This document shows, piece after piece, positions 38,583-52,274 of a stretch of DNA of 64,000 nt (positions are counted from its first letter, which is position 1; the number at the start of each line of letters is the position of its first letter). Origin of the DNA: Octopus sinensis (taxonomy: Eukaryota). The stretch lies in contig NC_043007.1 of the NCBI RefSeq assembly GCF_006345805.1, positions 26,040,001-26,104,000 of the forward strand, read 5' to 3'. Position numbers and translations under genes: made by a program. Under the pieces are notes generated by a model that had not been told where the DNA came from, searched no databases, and saw only the letters and a list, made by a program, of their open reading frames with translations.

Positions 38583-40438
38583 TGATTATTGAAGTGATTG
38601 ATATCCTGATTTGCTAGATATTCACTATCTGATGACTAAATCTAAAACAAAAACCCCAAAACCCCCAGACAGTGCTGACCATAAAACATTGTTATTTTTT
38701 GTTTTTATGCCTATCATAGTTGAAATCTTATTTGGACGTTACACATTAAACGTATTTAAGGAAAATATTGGGCGTAGAAAAATGAAATGGTGTTGATCTG
38801 TTGTTGACAGGGATGTGTAGTGACCTCATAAATCTAATAGAATTAAATAATTGGTATTATATTCGAAGAGATGACAGCTATGAATTGATCATTTTGCTCC
38901 TTCATAAATGTCAGTATTTGTAATCTCGGTCTTCTTCATGTTGTGTTTTCGGAAATGGTGAATTATTTATTTAGTATTAGAGTTTAAATTTACTCAAGCC
39001 TTTGTTTTTGATGAATTTTTGTTCCGTTTATTGTGCAGATCAGGTTTATGAAGAAATTATTTGCCAAAATTTTGAGGGCTGACATGATTGATGAGTTAAC
39101 AGCTTTGTTAGGCATCTGACTAATCAATCTAAGGCTGGCTCCAAACTAAGAATACAGCAGCCTCTATCCACATCAGATTCTAAAATCTGAAGTAAAACCT
39201 AAAACAAGCAATGAGATCATAGCATAGAAATTATTAAAATCGTGCACTCTCACACACTAAAAACATTATATAATAAAAGAATCTTACACATGATCATAAC
39301 TTTGTGTCTGATGTAATTTAAAAAAAGAAAAATTACAAAAACTTTGTCGAGTGCAATGTTTTTGTGTCATTTTAGAGGTTTAGGAAAGGGCCAGAAATAA
39401 AGATTAAATCTTTATGGCAAAATTTCTTTTTATCTTTTAAAATGGAAATTATTTCTATATTTTATAGCAGAGAATTTGTTATGGGGTTTAGAAATGCTAT
39501 CCTTCTTTTTGTATTATTCATTTTTATATTTTATATTGAAAATAGTTTAGTTTTAGAATTAAAATATTAAGTTACTGAGCAAATTGATTGTAATTTCAAA
39601 TATTGCATTAATGATATATATTTTTTTGTAAATACATCATGAGCAATTTGTGCTTATGTGTTTTATTTGAATATTCGTAAATGGCATAATAAAATCATCT
39701 TCGCGAATTCTTGTTTTCATACAGCTCTGCTCCGGAATTTCTTTTTTGAGCTGTTCTGAAATCAATATATTGATTTTAATTTTCTGTAGCTAAATTTTGA
39801 CACTATTTTAAATATGTGTTTGCAACTGTTATATGTTGTATGATTACAGAAAAACTTTATATTTTAATAGCTATTACAATTTTTTTTTAATGTCTTACTA
39901 TTATTTTAGTTTTATTGCTCTTAATATTTGTTTTTACATAGATTTTAGGTTTTGGATGTCATTTGATTGAGAAGATTAATGTTAATAAAAGTATTAGCTT
40001 CTAGTTTATCTAGTTCTGTTTTTAAATATCCATCAGTTATTATTGCTGTCACAAATGCTAAACTTTTTTTCTTAACCTAAGTTTCTAGAATCCACGTAAT
40101 TGTTTTCATTGAACTTCATATATTTCATTTGTTTTGCTTCCATATATTTTAGCTTTTATTGTCTCGCTGCTTTTGATACATATAAAGTACATTGTGAATT
40201 GTTTATCCTTGTGTTCAGCTTAATATTAAAATATTTCTGGGTGCAATAATTTGTTTGATAAACAAACAAATTATGAATATAATATAGATGCAAACATGAT
40301 TTTGTTCTTGTGAAGTGAACCTGACAACCTTATGGGTTTCAGGTTTGGTCCAACTAGGTGGGGTTTCAACAAGAGTTTTGGGATGACTAATGCCCTTTGA
40401 GCAGAATAGGTAGACAGAATTGTGCAGAGAACTTGTTG

Positions 40439-40480
<42 letters not shown>

Positions 40481-40807
40481 CTTGTGTGTGTGCATATGTT
40501 TATTTTGTATGTCTTTGTTAACACTGTGTGTTCTCAAGTAAACAAAACTATGATAGTTCAGAGCTTTCTTTGGTTTCAATGTGTGAAGACTATTAGAATT
40601 TGGAAACAAATACTTTATTTGAAAAGCAAGTAAGAGTTGGTAACAGGAAAAATATCTGGCTCTTGAAAAATCTGCCTCAATCTAACCCATGCTAACATGG
40701 CAAAATGGACATAGAAAATGATGCTGATCATGACTATTAAAAAAAAAATCCAAATATTTAAAATCATGTTATTGGTGAAAAATAATATTTAAATTCCAAG
40801 TTGCTTT

Positions 40808-40846
<39 letters not shown>

Positions 40847-42537
40847 TGCACATTGTGTAGTTAACTAGAAATCAAAATTGAATTACAACTTGACTGGACT
40901 CCATAGAAGTCAACCTACCCCTTTTGCTCCATCTACTTTTATATTGTAAGATTTTGACAAAGAGTTTTTGTCATGTTAAGCATACAGGGCTGTGTGGTTA
41001 AGAAGTTTTGCTTTGCAACCACATACTTTTGGAGTTCATCCCAATGCGTTGCTACCTTGGGCAAATGACTTCTACTGCAGTTGTTGGCCAACCAAGGCCT
41101 TGTAAGTGAAATCTGGTAGACAGAGCTATATGAAAGCCTGTTGTAGTCCCTTTTATTGAAACTGAAAGTTTTGTCCCATTTCTCAAGCTTCATGTCATTG
41201 TGGTCTTGAAGCAAGAACAGTGGCATGGAGCTTGAGATGCAAGACAGACACTCAGTTTCAGTATCATTAAAAAAGAAAAGGAAAAATGTATTGATTACCC
41301 CTTTCTCATCCATCCAACTTAAACCAAAGTATGTGTTCCCTCATGTCTTACATTGTCACTACTTGAGCAAATGTGGTGACTGTATTTACAGCTCATAAAC
41401 AATATGTCCCATTTCTTGCTGGTTTTCACCATGTGTTGCAGACAACCAGTGGAATAAAAGTATCTTACATGGAAAACAAGGAGTGGTAGCAAGAAGGGTA
41501 TCTGGCTGTTGAATATTGCTTTAGTTACTCTTGTCCAACTCATGCTAACATGGAAAAAGACATATGTTAATATGATGATGATGGTGGTGGTAGTTGTAGA
41601 TTAAGCATGTAGTTTTCTTGAGATAATGCATAGGAATGCTTGTAAACTCTGAAAATAAACTGCAAAATTTTTTACTGCTATCACTTATAGTTTATCTGCA
41701 ATGGATATATATATATATATATATACGATTCCATTGTCCTCTTGACACATGCACACACATGAGCGCATGTGCGCACACACTCTCTTCTCTCTCTCTCTCA
41801 CACATACCTACCTACCCCTACCCTATTTGGCTTTCTTCCCCTCAGCATTGACATTTCACAATCTTTGTATCTTCTTGCTAAGGAAAAAAATAATTTATAA
41901 TATTTCATTATTCACTGATAAGATTTTCCAGCTGCAAATTTATTGGGTATTTTTAAAATTATGTTTTCCAGTTAATAACATTTATTGACTTGATGTGAAA
42001 ATTTTGAACATATTTTAGAAACTATTAATAATACTCGCACCTTAGCAAAGATAGTTAACTTTGTGGAAATAATTTTTCAATGCAGTGTTCTAACTGAAAT
42101 TTATCATAATAAGTATTGATTTCTAATGTAAACACAAGACCTCAAAATTGGGGTGTGTGGATAAATGGAGTTGATTAAATTGATGGAAGTTACACAAACT
42201 GTTATTATTTTATTGACTCCCCATGAGCTATAGTCAACCTTGGTGGGATTTGAACTCAGAATCTAAAAGTATGTAATGAAATACCGCAAAGTATTTTGCT
42301 TATCCTAATGTTTCTAACAAAAAGTTATTCTGGGTTCTACACAGCCTGCAAAATTATAAGTATATATAACTCTTGACCTTTTAGGAATTTACAGGGAAAT
42401 GCAATCTGTTTGTTATTTAACCCCAGATTAACCCTTATTGAGCAGACATATTATCAGAGGTAATCCAGTGATAATCCCATTCTTGTTTAGGCATAGTATA
42501 ACTTGGATTATGTTATCCAGTATGTCTGTCCTTTTCT

Positions 42538-42763
42538 GACCCCTTAGCGTTCAGATTACTATGTCAAATGTAATGCTTATATATTCTTATTGTTTTGAAT
42601 TAAGCATGTATTATCTCACAGCTTCAAGCTTTCACTGATGTGTTTGTTTATTTTTAAGCTGTCATTGTAGGGTAGGTGTGAGGGGTCAAATCTGGCCACT
42701 TTGAATGTTAAACGGGTAGAATATTTTGACTGGACATGGATGGTTTAAATGTAAAAGGGTTAA
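42538..42763 (+). mobile_element. MITE family E
   Basis: CCCCTTAGCGTTCAG ... AATGTAAAAGGGttaa. Confidence 0.82.
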
Positions 42764-43569
42764 GATGCTACTGTGTGTAATTTGAAAGTTGGCTACTGTT
42801 TATAGCAAGTTGAGTAACAATGAAGATAGTTCCTCATTGGGTTCTGTGGGAGGTTATATATAACATTATAAGTAATTGTTGTTTAACTATTACTTTCGTA
42901 TATAATTTTAGATTTGTTAAGTAATGATTAAGAAATGTAAAATTATGTACATAAAATATGTAACAAAGTAATAAAAAACTTTATATAGAATTAATATATT
43001 AATATATTTTATTGAATATGTCTTATAAAAACATAAGAAAACATTTATATTGTTGAAATATTCAGACACAGTGCAAAATTTCTGAAATAGCATTTTTTTG
43101 TATATGTTTTGTATAAAGGAGAGTTGTATCTCCATACTTTAAATTAAAATACTTGTGCACTGGTATGTATTATGTTACAACCACTCTGTACAGTTATATC
43201 TAACATGAACCTGTGAAGGAACCTCTATGCTATTGCTCAACCTGTTAGAAATAACAGCAAATTCTTGCTTAAATCACACTATACAGTCCTGATTGGAGAT
43301 GGGGAAAATAGAATAATGCATATCTAAATAAATTATGTTTGAAAGAATGGCAGGGTAGTTATGGCTTGATCACAGATTAGTTTGCTTGATCAGGGTTGCT
43401 CGTTTAGCTGTGTCCTAGTAATTTAATACAAGAATTGAAAAATAACTGTTAAATAGAACAATGAGAGTAGGCTGTTTAAATTAAAACATTGTTTTCGTTG
43501 TTAGTTCAGAAAATCTACAGAAATGCAGAAACATCATTCTATATATATATATATATATACACATACACA

Positions 43570-43620
<51 letters not shown>

Positions 43621-45292
43621 TTGTGCAATACTTGAAAGAATAAAAATTCTTATAAGTATTGAAGTCGATATATGTTTTATGTAAACATTTATTCGTTAGA
43701 TAAAATTGCTATTATAACGAAGTTTGGTCTCCTACTTTATTGACAGAAATATTAAACATGGCAAGTTATGTAAAGCTACAAATTAAAATTCACAAAGCAA
43801 TGTATCTGTTATATCATAATTATGCTTAAAAAATTACATAGAATTTCTGTTTTCTAATTATAGTTGGTAAATGGCCAAGTTGGTTTATTGCTTGTCTGTA
43901 TTTATGAGCTGGACTATATACTACATTGAATCGCTTCTATTTCTGTCTACATTGTTTCAACCAGTTGTAGACTTATTTGCAGAAATGTGGCACTTAAACC
44001 AGATCAAAGAATATCATACCACTTGAAGCAAAGCATAAATGAATTATATGATAAAACCATAAAGCAAATAGCTAATTAATTACTGTACATATTGGCATGC
44101 AAGGTAGATAAGATGACTCTAAAATTTTTCTCAGAATGTTTGTGTTAAAATCTCTGTACAGATTTCACTTATCTACTACTAAGCTTATTTTAGAGATTAT
44201 GTAAGCATAGAAATCACTGCAGCTATTTTTCTTTACGCTAATTCATGAACAAGGCAACTGCTTAAATTGTTTATGTTTACATCAGTCTTCAGTTTTCAAT
44301 GACCACAGCAGTAAGGTTTTACTAGGATAAGTTTTTATGTAAAAATTCTACGTTAATACATTGTCATTAGAGCCAGACCAATCACTTCACAATATTTTTG
44401 TCACTAAAGGTTCAGATTTTATATCTCACTTATTAAGACATGTAATCTTTTATTTCATCATTTTGGATTTCAATAGCTTCATATATCACAATGTAAGAAT
44501 ATATATGAATTTGTTAATATTAAATATTTTATAAGCATGAATCAAAGATAGTTAAAATGGTGCACTGTAGAAGTGTGCTCGGTCGTTTTGGTGCAAGGGT
44601 TAGCATGGTCATTTGGGTTACAAGTCTGGTACAATTCTTGTCAGTTCTATGAACATTTTTTTCTATCTTGGATTCATGTTTATAAAAGATTTAACGTAAT
44701 GTTTGTAATTGAAAATCTTAACCATTTACTTTGATAATGTAAATTTAGGCTTTAAGATTCATGGAGATAGCAGGATAGTTTGACAGTTGAAGGATTTGTA
44801 TCTTAATCAGTTTCAGTGCAGTTAGAATTTTATACAATCCCTAAAATTGAGTTAAATGCAGTATAAAATTTAAGAAAATAGTTGTTTGTCTTTGGACAAA
44901 GGACAAAGGTAAAAAGGGATCAAAGGTAAAAGTAGACAGACCAGAGTTGAGTGCTCAACATTTCTTCAGTTGCAGGCTGTACATTATGGAAGCAGAAGAT
45001 GTTAGAAAAGCCTAAATAAAATACATTTTTTTTATAGAATTAAATCAGTGATTGTTTATGTATTAATTAATATGATGTGTTATGTAATTTCTCTTATATT
45101 TATTGTGAAATCTAACCCAAAGAGAAATAACTCCATATACAAAATGCAACAGACATTGTTAATAAGATCAATCAAGCATTGCTGTGTTGTTACTTTCTTA
45201 ACCTTATGGTTCTGAGTCACTCCCACTGGTGCCTTCTGCAATTGCTTCATATTAACCTATGCCTTGTCAGTGAACTGTGGTAGACAGGAGAT

Positions 45293-45329
<37 letters not shown>

Positions 45330-45851
45330 CACTAGTTTAAAAAGGAAACCAGAAAATCCAGTGATTTATTATTATTATTGTCTCTTGTCAGACAAGGGAG
45401 AACATTGACCCAATGATTGACCTTGCAACCAATAATGCTATTTATTGTTCGCCAGTTTGATATGAAATACAATGCATACTGATGGCTTTAGAGATATTTT
45501 ATCTGGTTTGTGTGTGTAGTTACTCTATTTTCAATGTTTTTGTGTGTATAAAAACTTTTTAAAAATACTATATACATTTTTATACCCACAAGTTAAAATA
45601 AAAAGCAAAATATAATTATTTGTTACCATATGTACTTACGTTACCTCTTTTACTAGACATAATATCCAGGTTAGTGGTCAAATGACCCAAGCGAATGTCT
45701 AATTGGGTAGCTTTTGATAAACATTGACAACTTCTCTGTCAACTGACATAATTAAATGCCAGATGGAACAACTCTTCTTTACATGCCAATATACTAAGGT
45801 CGTGATTATTGAATTATGCATTCACTAATGTTTTTAGATAATGAGCAGAAG

Positions 45852-46184
45852 CATGGCTGTGGGGGTTAGGATGTTCTCTTTGCAATCACGCATTTTTGGG
45901 TTCAGTCTCACTGTGCAGCATTTTGGAAAAGTGCCTTCTACTTTAGTCTTGTGTTTGACCAGTGCCTTGTGACTGAAATTTAACTGGCCCCTGTGCCAGT
46001 GGCACGTAAAAAGCACCCACTACACTCATGGAGTGGTTGGCATTAGGAAGGGCATCCAGCTGTAGAAACACTGCCAGATCAGACTGGAGCCTGGTGCAGC
46101 CTCCTGGCTTCCCAGAACCCGGTCAAACCGTCCAACCCATGCTAGCATGGAAAATGAACATTAAACAACGACGATGATGATGAT
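45852..46184 (+). mobile_element. Decayed family A head joined to an RTE-tailed SINE body
   Basis: GCATGGCTGTGGGGGTTAG...GGTTCAGTCTC head, then the GGCACGTAAAAAGCACC...CCAACCCATGCTAGCATGG...(GAT)n body. Confidence 0.8.
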
Positions 46185-46463
46185 GGTGAACCTACTATTT
46201 GTGTGTGCGTGTGTGTGTGTGTTATTGTTTTGCTTGGTTTAAAAGACAAACTTTTAGACTACGCAATGCAACACCAGGAAGATATACACCACCACATGTC
46301 ATATATTAGAGTTATTAAAAATATGTGATCGACATATAAAGTATATTATGTGTAAATTATATGTATAGTATATTGCATCACTGTTTAATGCAGAATAGCA
46401 TCGGGGGAAAAATGGACATTTAGAAGCAAATGGATTAAATTGCATAATAACTATAGTATAGAC

Positions 46464-46755
46464 CATTGCTTCCCAAAGTGGGCAGTACACATTCCCTGGG
46501 GACAGTGGAAAGACCTGGGTAGGGGAAGGGCATTGAAGAAAAATGGGATGATAATGGAGTGGCCAAAAGGTGGGTGATGGATGTATAAACAACAAAATAA
46601 TGGGTCAATTAAGTTAAATTTTATATGTGAAATACAGTTGTTTTAAATTGGCTGCAGAAAGTGGTCTATGTTCATGGTGGTGAGTGGGGTTGAGTGCTAG
46701 GAATGTGGCCTGGGTACCAAGGGGACAGCAACCTGAAAAAGTTTGAGAACCATTA
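46464..46755. mobile_element. hAT-type MITE, diverged
   Basis: TIRs CATTGCTTCCCAAA / TTTGAGAACCATTA; 8-bp TSD gtatagac / gtatggac. Confidence 0.7.
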
Positions 46756-47477
46756 GTATGGACAAGCACATCATCAAAACCTTCATGTAACACAACACAA
46801 ACTTCATTATATCAAATGATAAATTAACACTAAGCACTGAACTTAAAATCCTTCTTAACAACATCAAGTCATAAATATGTAAACCCCTGAACAAGCTATT
46901 AATGACCTGTGTGGTTATAAATTTGATTGCATATGTGAAAGTTTGTACTGTTATAGTGGCCATACAAGTATAAAGAGAAGTAATTGAAATGTATTCACAA
47001 TGATGCAAAGCAAAACTTGATAGGAAAAAAACCTTAGTGAACAATACATCTATATTCTAAAGAAAAATACAGATTAATGATAAAAGTGAATTTCGTAAGA
47101 CATCACAACAGCAAAATAAATATGTATGGTATTATCATACACCAATCATAAAGGATGTGGTGGGGGTACTCCCAAAACATCTGACTGGTGACATAAATTT
47201 TGGTTGGTAGTTTTCTATTTACATTGTCTACATCGATTACATTGATGCTACATACCATTAAGGTAGCATCATATATCAACTTCTCTTCATCCTGATGATG
47301 AGACTGTAACTGTAACGGTCAAGGAGCATTAGTGATTGATTTAAGCATTTTAGTGTTGCAAGTAAACTGCAAGCACCTCTTGTGAAAATATAGGGTAAAA
47401 CATTGATAAGTATGATAAAACTGGAACGTACTTATGTATGCATGCAATACAGCATCTGTAAGGAAAGTTGTTCATTA

Positions 47478-47513
<36 letters not shown>

Positions 47514-47518
<5 letters not shown>

Positions 47519-47815
47519 CGTGACTGACCAGGCTATCAGATGTTGCTACACATCGCTGGTCACAATGCGCATCGCATTGGTTTAGCCTTCAAATGGTGCC
47601 ATCCCCGCTGGCTAAGCGAGCAGACCAACAGAAGAAAGAGTGAGAGAAAGTTGTGGCGAAAGAGTACAGCAGGGACCCCCCCCCCATCCCCAGCCGGAGT
47701 CTCATGGTGCTTTAGGTGTTTTCGCTCAATAAACACTCACAACGCCCAGTCTGGGAATCGAAGCCATGATCCTACAACCATGAGGATGCTTCCCTAACCA
47801 CTAGGCCATTGCGGC
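47514..47815 (-). mobile_element. SINE family C variant inserted in (TA)n
   Basis: Head matches 18737-18900 in reverse complement; the 3' half differs. Confidence 0.85.
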
Positions 47816-47860
<45 letters not shown>

Positions 47861-47921
47861 CCGGTGCAAAGCTGAGGCGGTGTGCAGGATGTGCCAGCCG
47901 GTGCAAAGCTGAGGCAGATAT

Positions 47922-47952
<31 letters not shown>

Positions 47953-48409
47953 GACAGAGAGAGAGAGAGAGAGAGAGAGAAAGCTGCATGATAAAACTAG
48001 CAAGAAATTAGCAAAAATATATGACAAAATTCTGAGAGAAATTAATCAAACAACAAATGCATACAACAGTTCAGAATATAGAAAACACATTAAGGAGATA
48101 TTCTTCAGTTAAAGACAGATATTGATAAATCACCAAGAAACATTTATGAAACAATATGTACTCAGCTTTTGCTAATATATCGACATCTCTATCATGATGA
48201 ATTAGACACAGTTATATAAATAAACAAAGCACACTTTACAAAGGAAAAATTGCTCTCTCCACACAGCCATACAGAAGGTTAAATTTCTTGACCTCTCACA
48301 ATATGCACACGGTCCACTTCAAATTATACTCCTCAGTCTCAGTACCAACTTCCACTTAACGGCTAAAGTATGATGATGATAATGATCATAATAATGGTTT
48401 TATAAGTCT

Positions 48410-48790
48410 GTTACAAGGCCATCAATTGTGAGTCGATTGCATCGACCCTGAAAGGATGAAAGATAAAGTTGATATTGGCAGAATGTGAACTCAGAATGTA
48501 AAGACGGATGAAATGTTGCTGAGTGTTTTTTCTGGCATGTTAACAATTCTGTCTGCTCACTGGCTTAGAGAAAAATAATAATAATCATGATGGTTTCAAA
48601 TGGCCAGTAGTTTTAGGTGGGTGGGGACTAGTTGATGATTGCATCTACTAACCTTAATGCTCAACTAACTGATACTTATTTTATCAACCCAGAAAGGATG
48701 AAAGGTAAAGTAGGCCTTAGTAAAATTTGAACTCAGATCATGAAGAGATTCCAGAAATTGCGCTAAACATTTTGTCCAACATGCTGCTAT
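48410..48790 (-). mobile_element. Two tandem SINE B copies
   Basis: Two GAAAGGATGAAAG...GAACTCAGA blocks in reverse orientation. Confidence 0.75.
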
Positions 48791-49253
48791 AATAATAATA
48801 ATAATAATAATAATTAATTCGTTTATTGGCCACAGGGGCTAACAAAAATCAATTAAAACATAAAGGGACAAAACACAGGACGAAAGTTACAAAGGGTTTT
48901 GTTCGTTTGAAAAAGGTCCGTGTACAAAAGCAGGATAACAACGAAATATTATTATTATTATTATTATTATAATAATAATAATAATTAAAATGTTAAAATC
49001 AAATTAATCTTCTAAATCTTAGAAAATATCTGATATAAAATCATTATAATGGACAGTGACAATAAATTTCAAGACTTAATTCAAATTAAGTGTTGTATGA
49101 ATAAGTACCCATGCAACACTAAACAAATATTCAGCATGAAACTTAAACAAATGCAGCGTGAGTTGAAGAATAATGACAAACTCACAATATATAGGAATGA
49201 CAGAAGTAATTTATTTGTAAAATATATTAGTTTTGGATAAAGATAAATATATT

Positions 49254-49472
49254 ACTCTCTCTTTTACTCTTTTACTTGTTTCAGTCATTTGACTGCGGCC
49301 ATGCTGAAGCACCGCCTTTAATCGAGCAAATCGACCCCAGGACTTATTCTTTTGTAAGCCCAGTACTTATTTTATCAGTCTCTTTTGCCGAACCGCTAAG
49401 TAACGGGGACATAAACACACCAGCATCAGTTGTCAAGCAATGCTAGGGGACAACACAGACACACAAACACAT

Positions 49473-49525
<53 letters not shown>

Positions 49526-49700
49526 TATACGTATATATACGACAGGCTTCTTTCAGTTTCCGTCTACCAAATCCACTCACAAGGCTTTGGTCGGCCTGAG
49601 GCTATAGTAGAAGACACTTACCCAAGGTGCCACGCAGGGGACTGAACCGGAACCATGTGGTTGGTAAACAAGCTACTTACCACACAGCCACTCCTGCGCC
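49254..49700 (-). mobile_element. SINE family A, young copy inserted into the Penelope-like ORF remnant
   Basis: Colinear with 36188-36610; TSD tatatt at 49248-49253 and 49701-49706. Confidence 0.92.
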
Positions 49701-50094
49701 TATATTGTAAAATTTAATAAAATTCGTAGTGGTAAAAACAAATTTATAAGGGTTCAGGAAGATAAGCCACCCATTTCAAAAGTAAACTGAATAAACTAAT
49801 TATACTGATAAATACACTGTTAGGAATTCCTTATTTTCTTTGCACTGAAGGAGAATTCACTCCTAGTGTAGTAAGAAAATACACAAACAACAGAATCTTA
49901 CTGGCTCATATTATCTCAAATAAATACACTTGCACACAGAGTCACTCAACAATTAGACATTAACATTATGTACTGGAAAGACCTTATTATATATGTTCAT
50001 CTGAAGAGTTCTTTAGAGGTCTTAGAAGAAACCAACAAACTAGGTAACGCCTCCACTTTAGGACACAGAAAGTGTGTTTACCAATATTTCAGTG

Positions 50095-50320
50095 GCAGAG
50101 AAGGCAGTGAGCTGGCAGAATCATTAGCACACGAGGCAAAATGCTTAGGGGCATTTCATTTGTCTTTACTTCTCGGTTCAAATTCCACTGAGGTCAACTT
50201 TGCCTGTCATCCCTTTGGGGGTTGATCAAATAAGTACCAGTTGAGCACTGAGACCAATGGAATTACACACATCCCCTCGTCCCCGAATTGCTGGCCTTGT
50301 GTCAAAATTTGAAACCAGTA
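50095..50320 (+). mobile_element. SINE family B (tail type ii)
   Basis: GGCAGTGAGCTGGCAGAATCATTAGCAC head; AATTGCTGGCCTTGTGTCAAAATTTGAAACC tail. Confidence 0.82.
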
Positions 50321-50762
50321 TTTCATTGCCAGAACCGATAAAAACTATATTAAATTTACATAAACATTAAAGAATAAACATACCTTTACTAAAGAAATAT
50401 CTTGATGCATTGTACAATAGAAGAACATTCTCTCTGCTCATGAGTTAAATTATATAAGCACACAAAGAACTTCTTGGTATTTCAAATGGCCACAACAAAG
50501 AAATGAACTAGTACCAAGACTTAAATTCATTGACGCTAGGTGTTGAATGGTCTATTCATCATAGCAGATACAGTGGAGGACGTCAAGAAATTAAAGAAAG
50601 ACCTAGAAAATGACTCTTACTAAAATTCAACATATGGAATAGTACATATAAAACACTTAACACTACAACTTCGTTTCTAAACATAAGCATTCTGATAGAG
50701 AAAAAGCAACAGAAGCATCATTTCCATTTATACCAAAATACAGAAATAATTGTATGTATTTA

Positions 50763-51140
50763 CTAGCAGTATCGCCCGGCGTTGCTCGGGTTTGTTTTGA
50801 CCCCTTAGAAGTAAAAATTTTGCATTATGTAGCTTGTTATTCTCTTTAAGTGAACCTTTTTCTGGTTGAAATACACCGAAAAATGGCGACACAGCAATAA
50901 AAAAATTGTAAAAAATATGGATTTTCATAGAAAAAAAAAGCACCTTTTTGATGTAAATAATTTTTGGTGTTAACATGGTCCGATTTGAATTTTTTATTCT
51001 ATGGAAGGAAGAACAAGCCTTCTTCTATCATACTCTCAATTTTGGTGAACTTGCGCCACAGGGTCTCGGAGGAGATAGTGTTAGTTGAAGGCTACCAAAC
51101 CTGCCATACACAGACAACTTCAGCTTTATATATAGAGAGA
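50763..51140 (-). mobile_element. Non-autonomous Helitron (378 bp)
   Basis: Minus strand begins A|TC and ends with subterminal hairpin CCCGAGCAACGCCGGG plus CTAG|T; no TSD. Confidence 0.85.
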
Positions 51141-52006
51141 TTTGGTGACTGTAAATAAAGTTACTTGGACATAAATACAAAATATTAATGTCAAAATTCT
51201 TACTTAGAAGAACTTTGTACATTCTCCCTCACAAACAAAACACTGGATAAAGAAATCCTGGGAATAAAACAAACACCAGTAAACAATGGGTATTATAACA
51301 AAGCAATAGACCAAGTAAATGAACAATACAGGAAGAATACAATACAGCAAATAATACATCAGACACCACACCTAAAAAAAAAAGTATGAAGCCTACGCAA
51401 AATGAATTATATGAATTAGGTCTTTACTAGATGTAAAATAGAATGAAAACATTATCAAAAAACTTGTAAAACAAAACACAAATATATTCATACCAAACAA
51501 TAAGCTAACACTAGTATAAAAATACTAAAATTAAGAAGTTTTCTTTTAGACAACAAATCACAAGCATGCAAATCCATAAACAAGCTACTAATGACTAATG
51601 TGATTATAAATTTGACTGCAATTATGAATGTGGTGAATTTCATATTTTAGCTGTTATATTGGCCATGCAAATATGTTTGTTCTCCTGCTGACTCATCATG
51701 CAACGGAGCAGTTGTGCTGCATGATACTACATAAGTTAGGCAAAGCTAAATGGGAAAACATTGGACAGATTTATATTCTAAAGAATTCTCTACAAAAGGA
51801 TTAATACAGTACATTGCTGAAATAACAAGCAGACAACATACATGAGTTACCAAGAAAAAGCAAAAACAAAGAAACACCTGATTGATGACATAAATCTGAC
51901 AGTGAAGATCAAATTTCTGTGGTTAAGGTCGTGTACTGTTTACATTGTTATAATATACTATAAAGAAGCAACAACATATGCCAACATCACTTCATCCTGA
52001 AGATGA

Positions 52007-52141
52007 GACTATGAAAGTCCAGAAATGTTCAGGATGGGTTTGGAAACTTTTCTGTTCTTTATAAACTGCAAAAAAGACTATGAAAGTCCAGAAATGTTCA
52101 GGATGGGTTTGGAAACTTTTCTGTTCTTTATAAACTGCAAG
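52007..52141. repeat. ~70-bp direct tandem duplication at the right terminal repeat of the Penelope-like fossil
   Basis: GACTATGAAAGTCCAGAAATGTTCAGGATGGGTTTGGAAACTTTT...ACTGCAA occurs twice, near identical. Confidence 0.9.
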
Positions 52142-52219
52142 GAACTCTTATGAAAAAGTTTTTGGAAAAACCTTGGTGTAAAAGATAAAATAAGATCACA
52201 GTTGTACATTGAACTAAAT

Positions 52220-52274
<55 letters not shown>

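Larger units (their letters stand above)
46990..52200 (+). mobile_element. Fossil Penelope-like retroelement (RT + GIY-YIG remnants between direct terminal repeats), with many nested insertions
   Basis: Homologous repeats at ~46990-47330 and ~51715-52040, both ending in CTTCATCCTGA(T/A)GATGAGACT. Peptide remnants include ELKNNDKLTIYRNDRSN/VLDKDKY (49170-49250), NKFIRVQED, IMYWK-DLII (49965), KKDLENDSY (50600) and NGYYNKAIDQVNEQY (51285). Confidence 0.6.

Noticed and set aside
49999-50040. CTGAAGA...GAAAC as a hammerhead (also 28360-28385)
   Set aside because: Helix II closing pair and helix I are missing; consistent with chance matches in AT-rich DNA.
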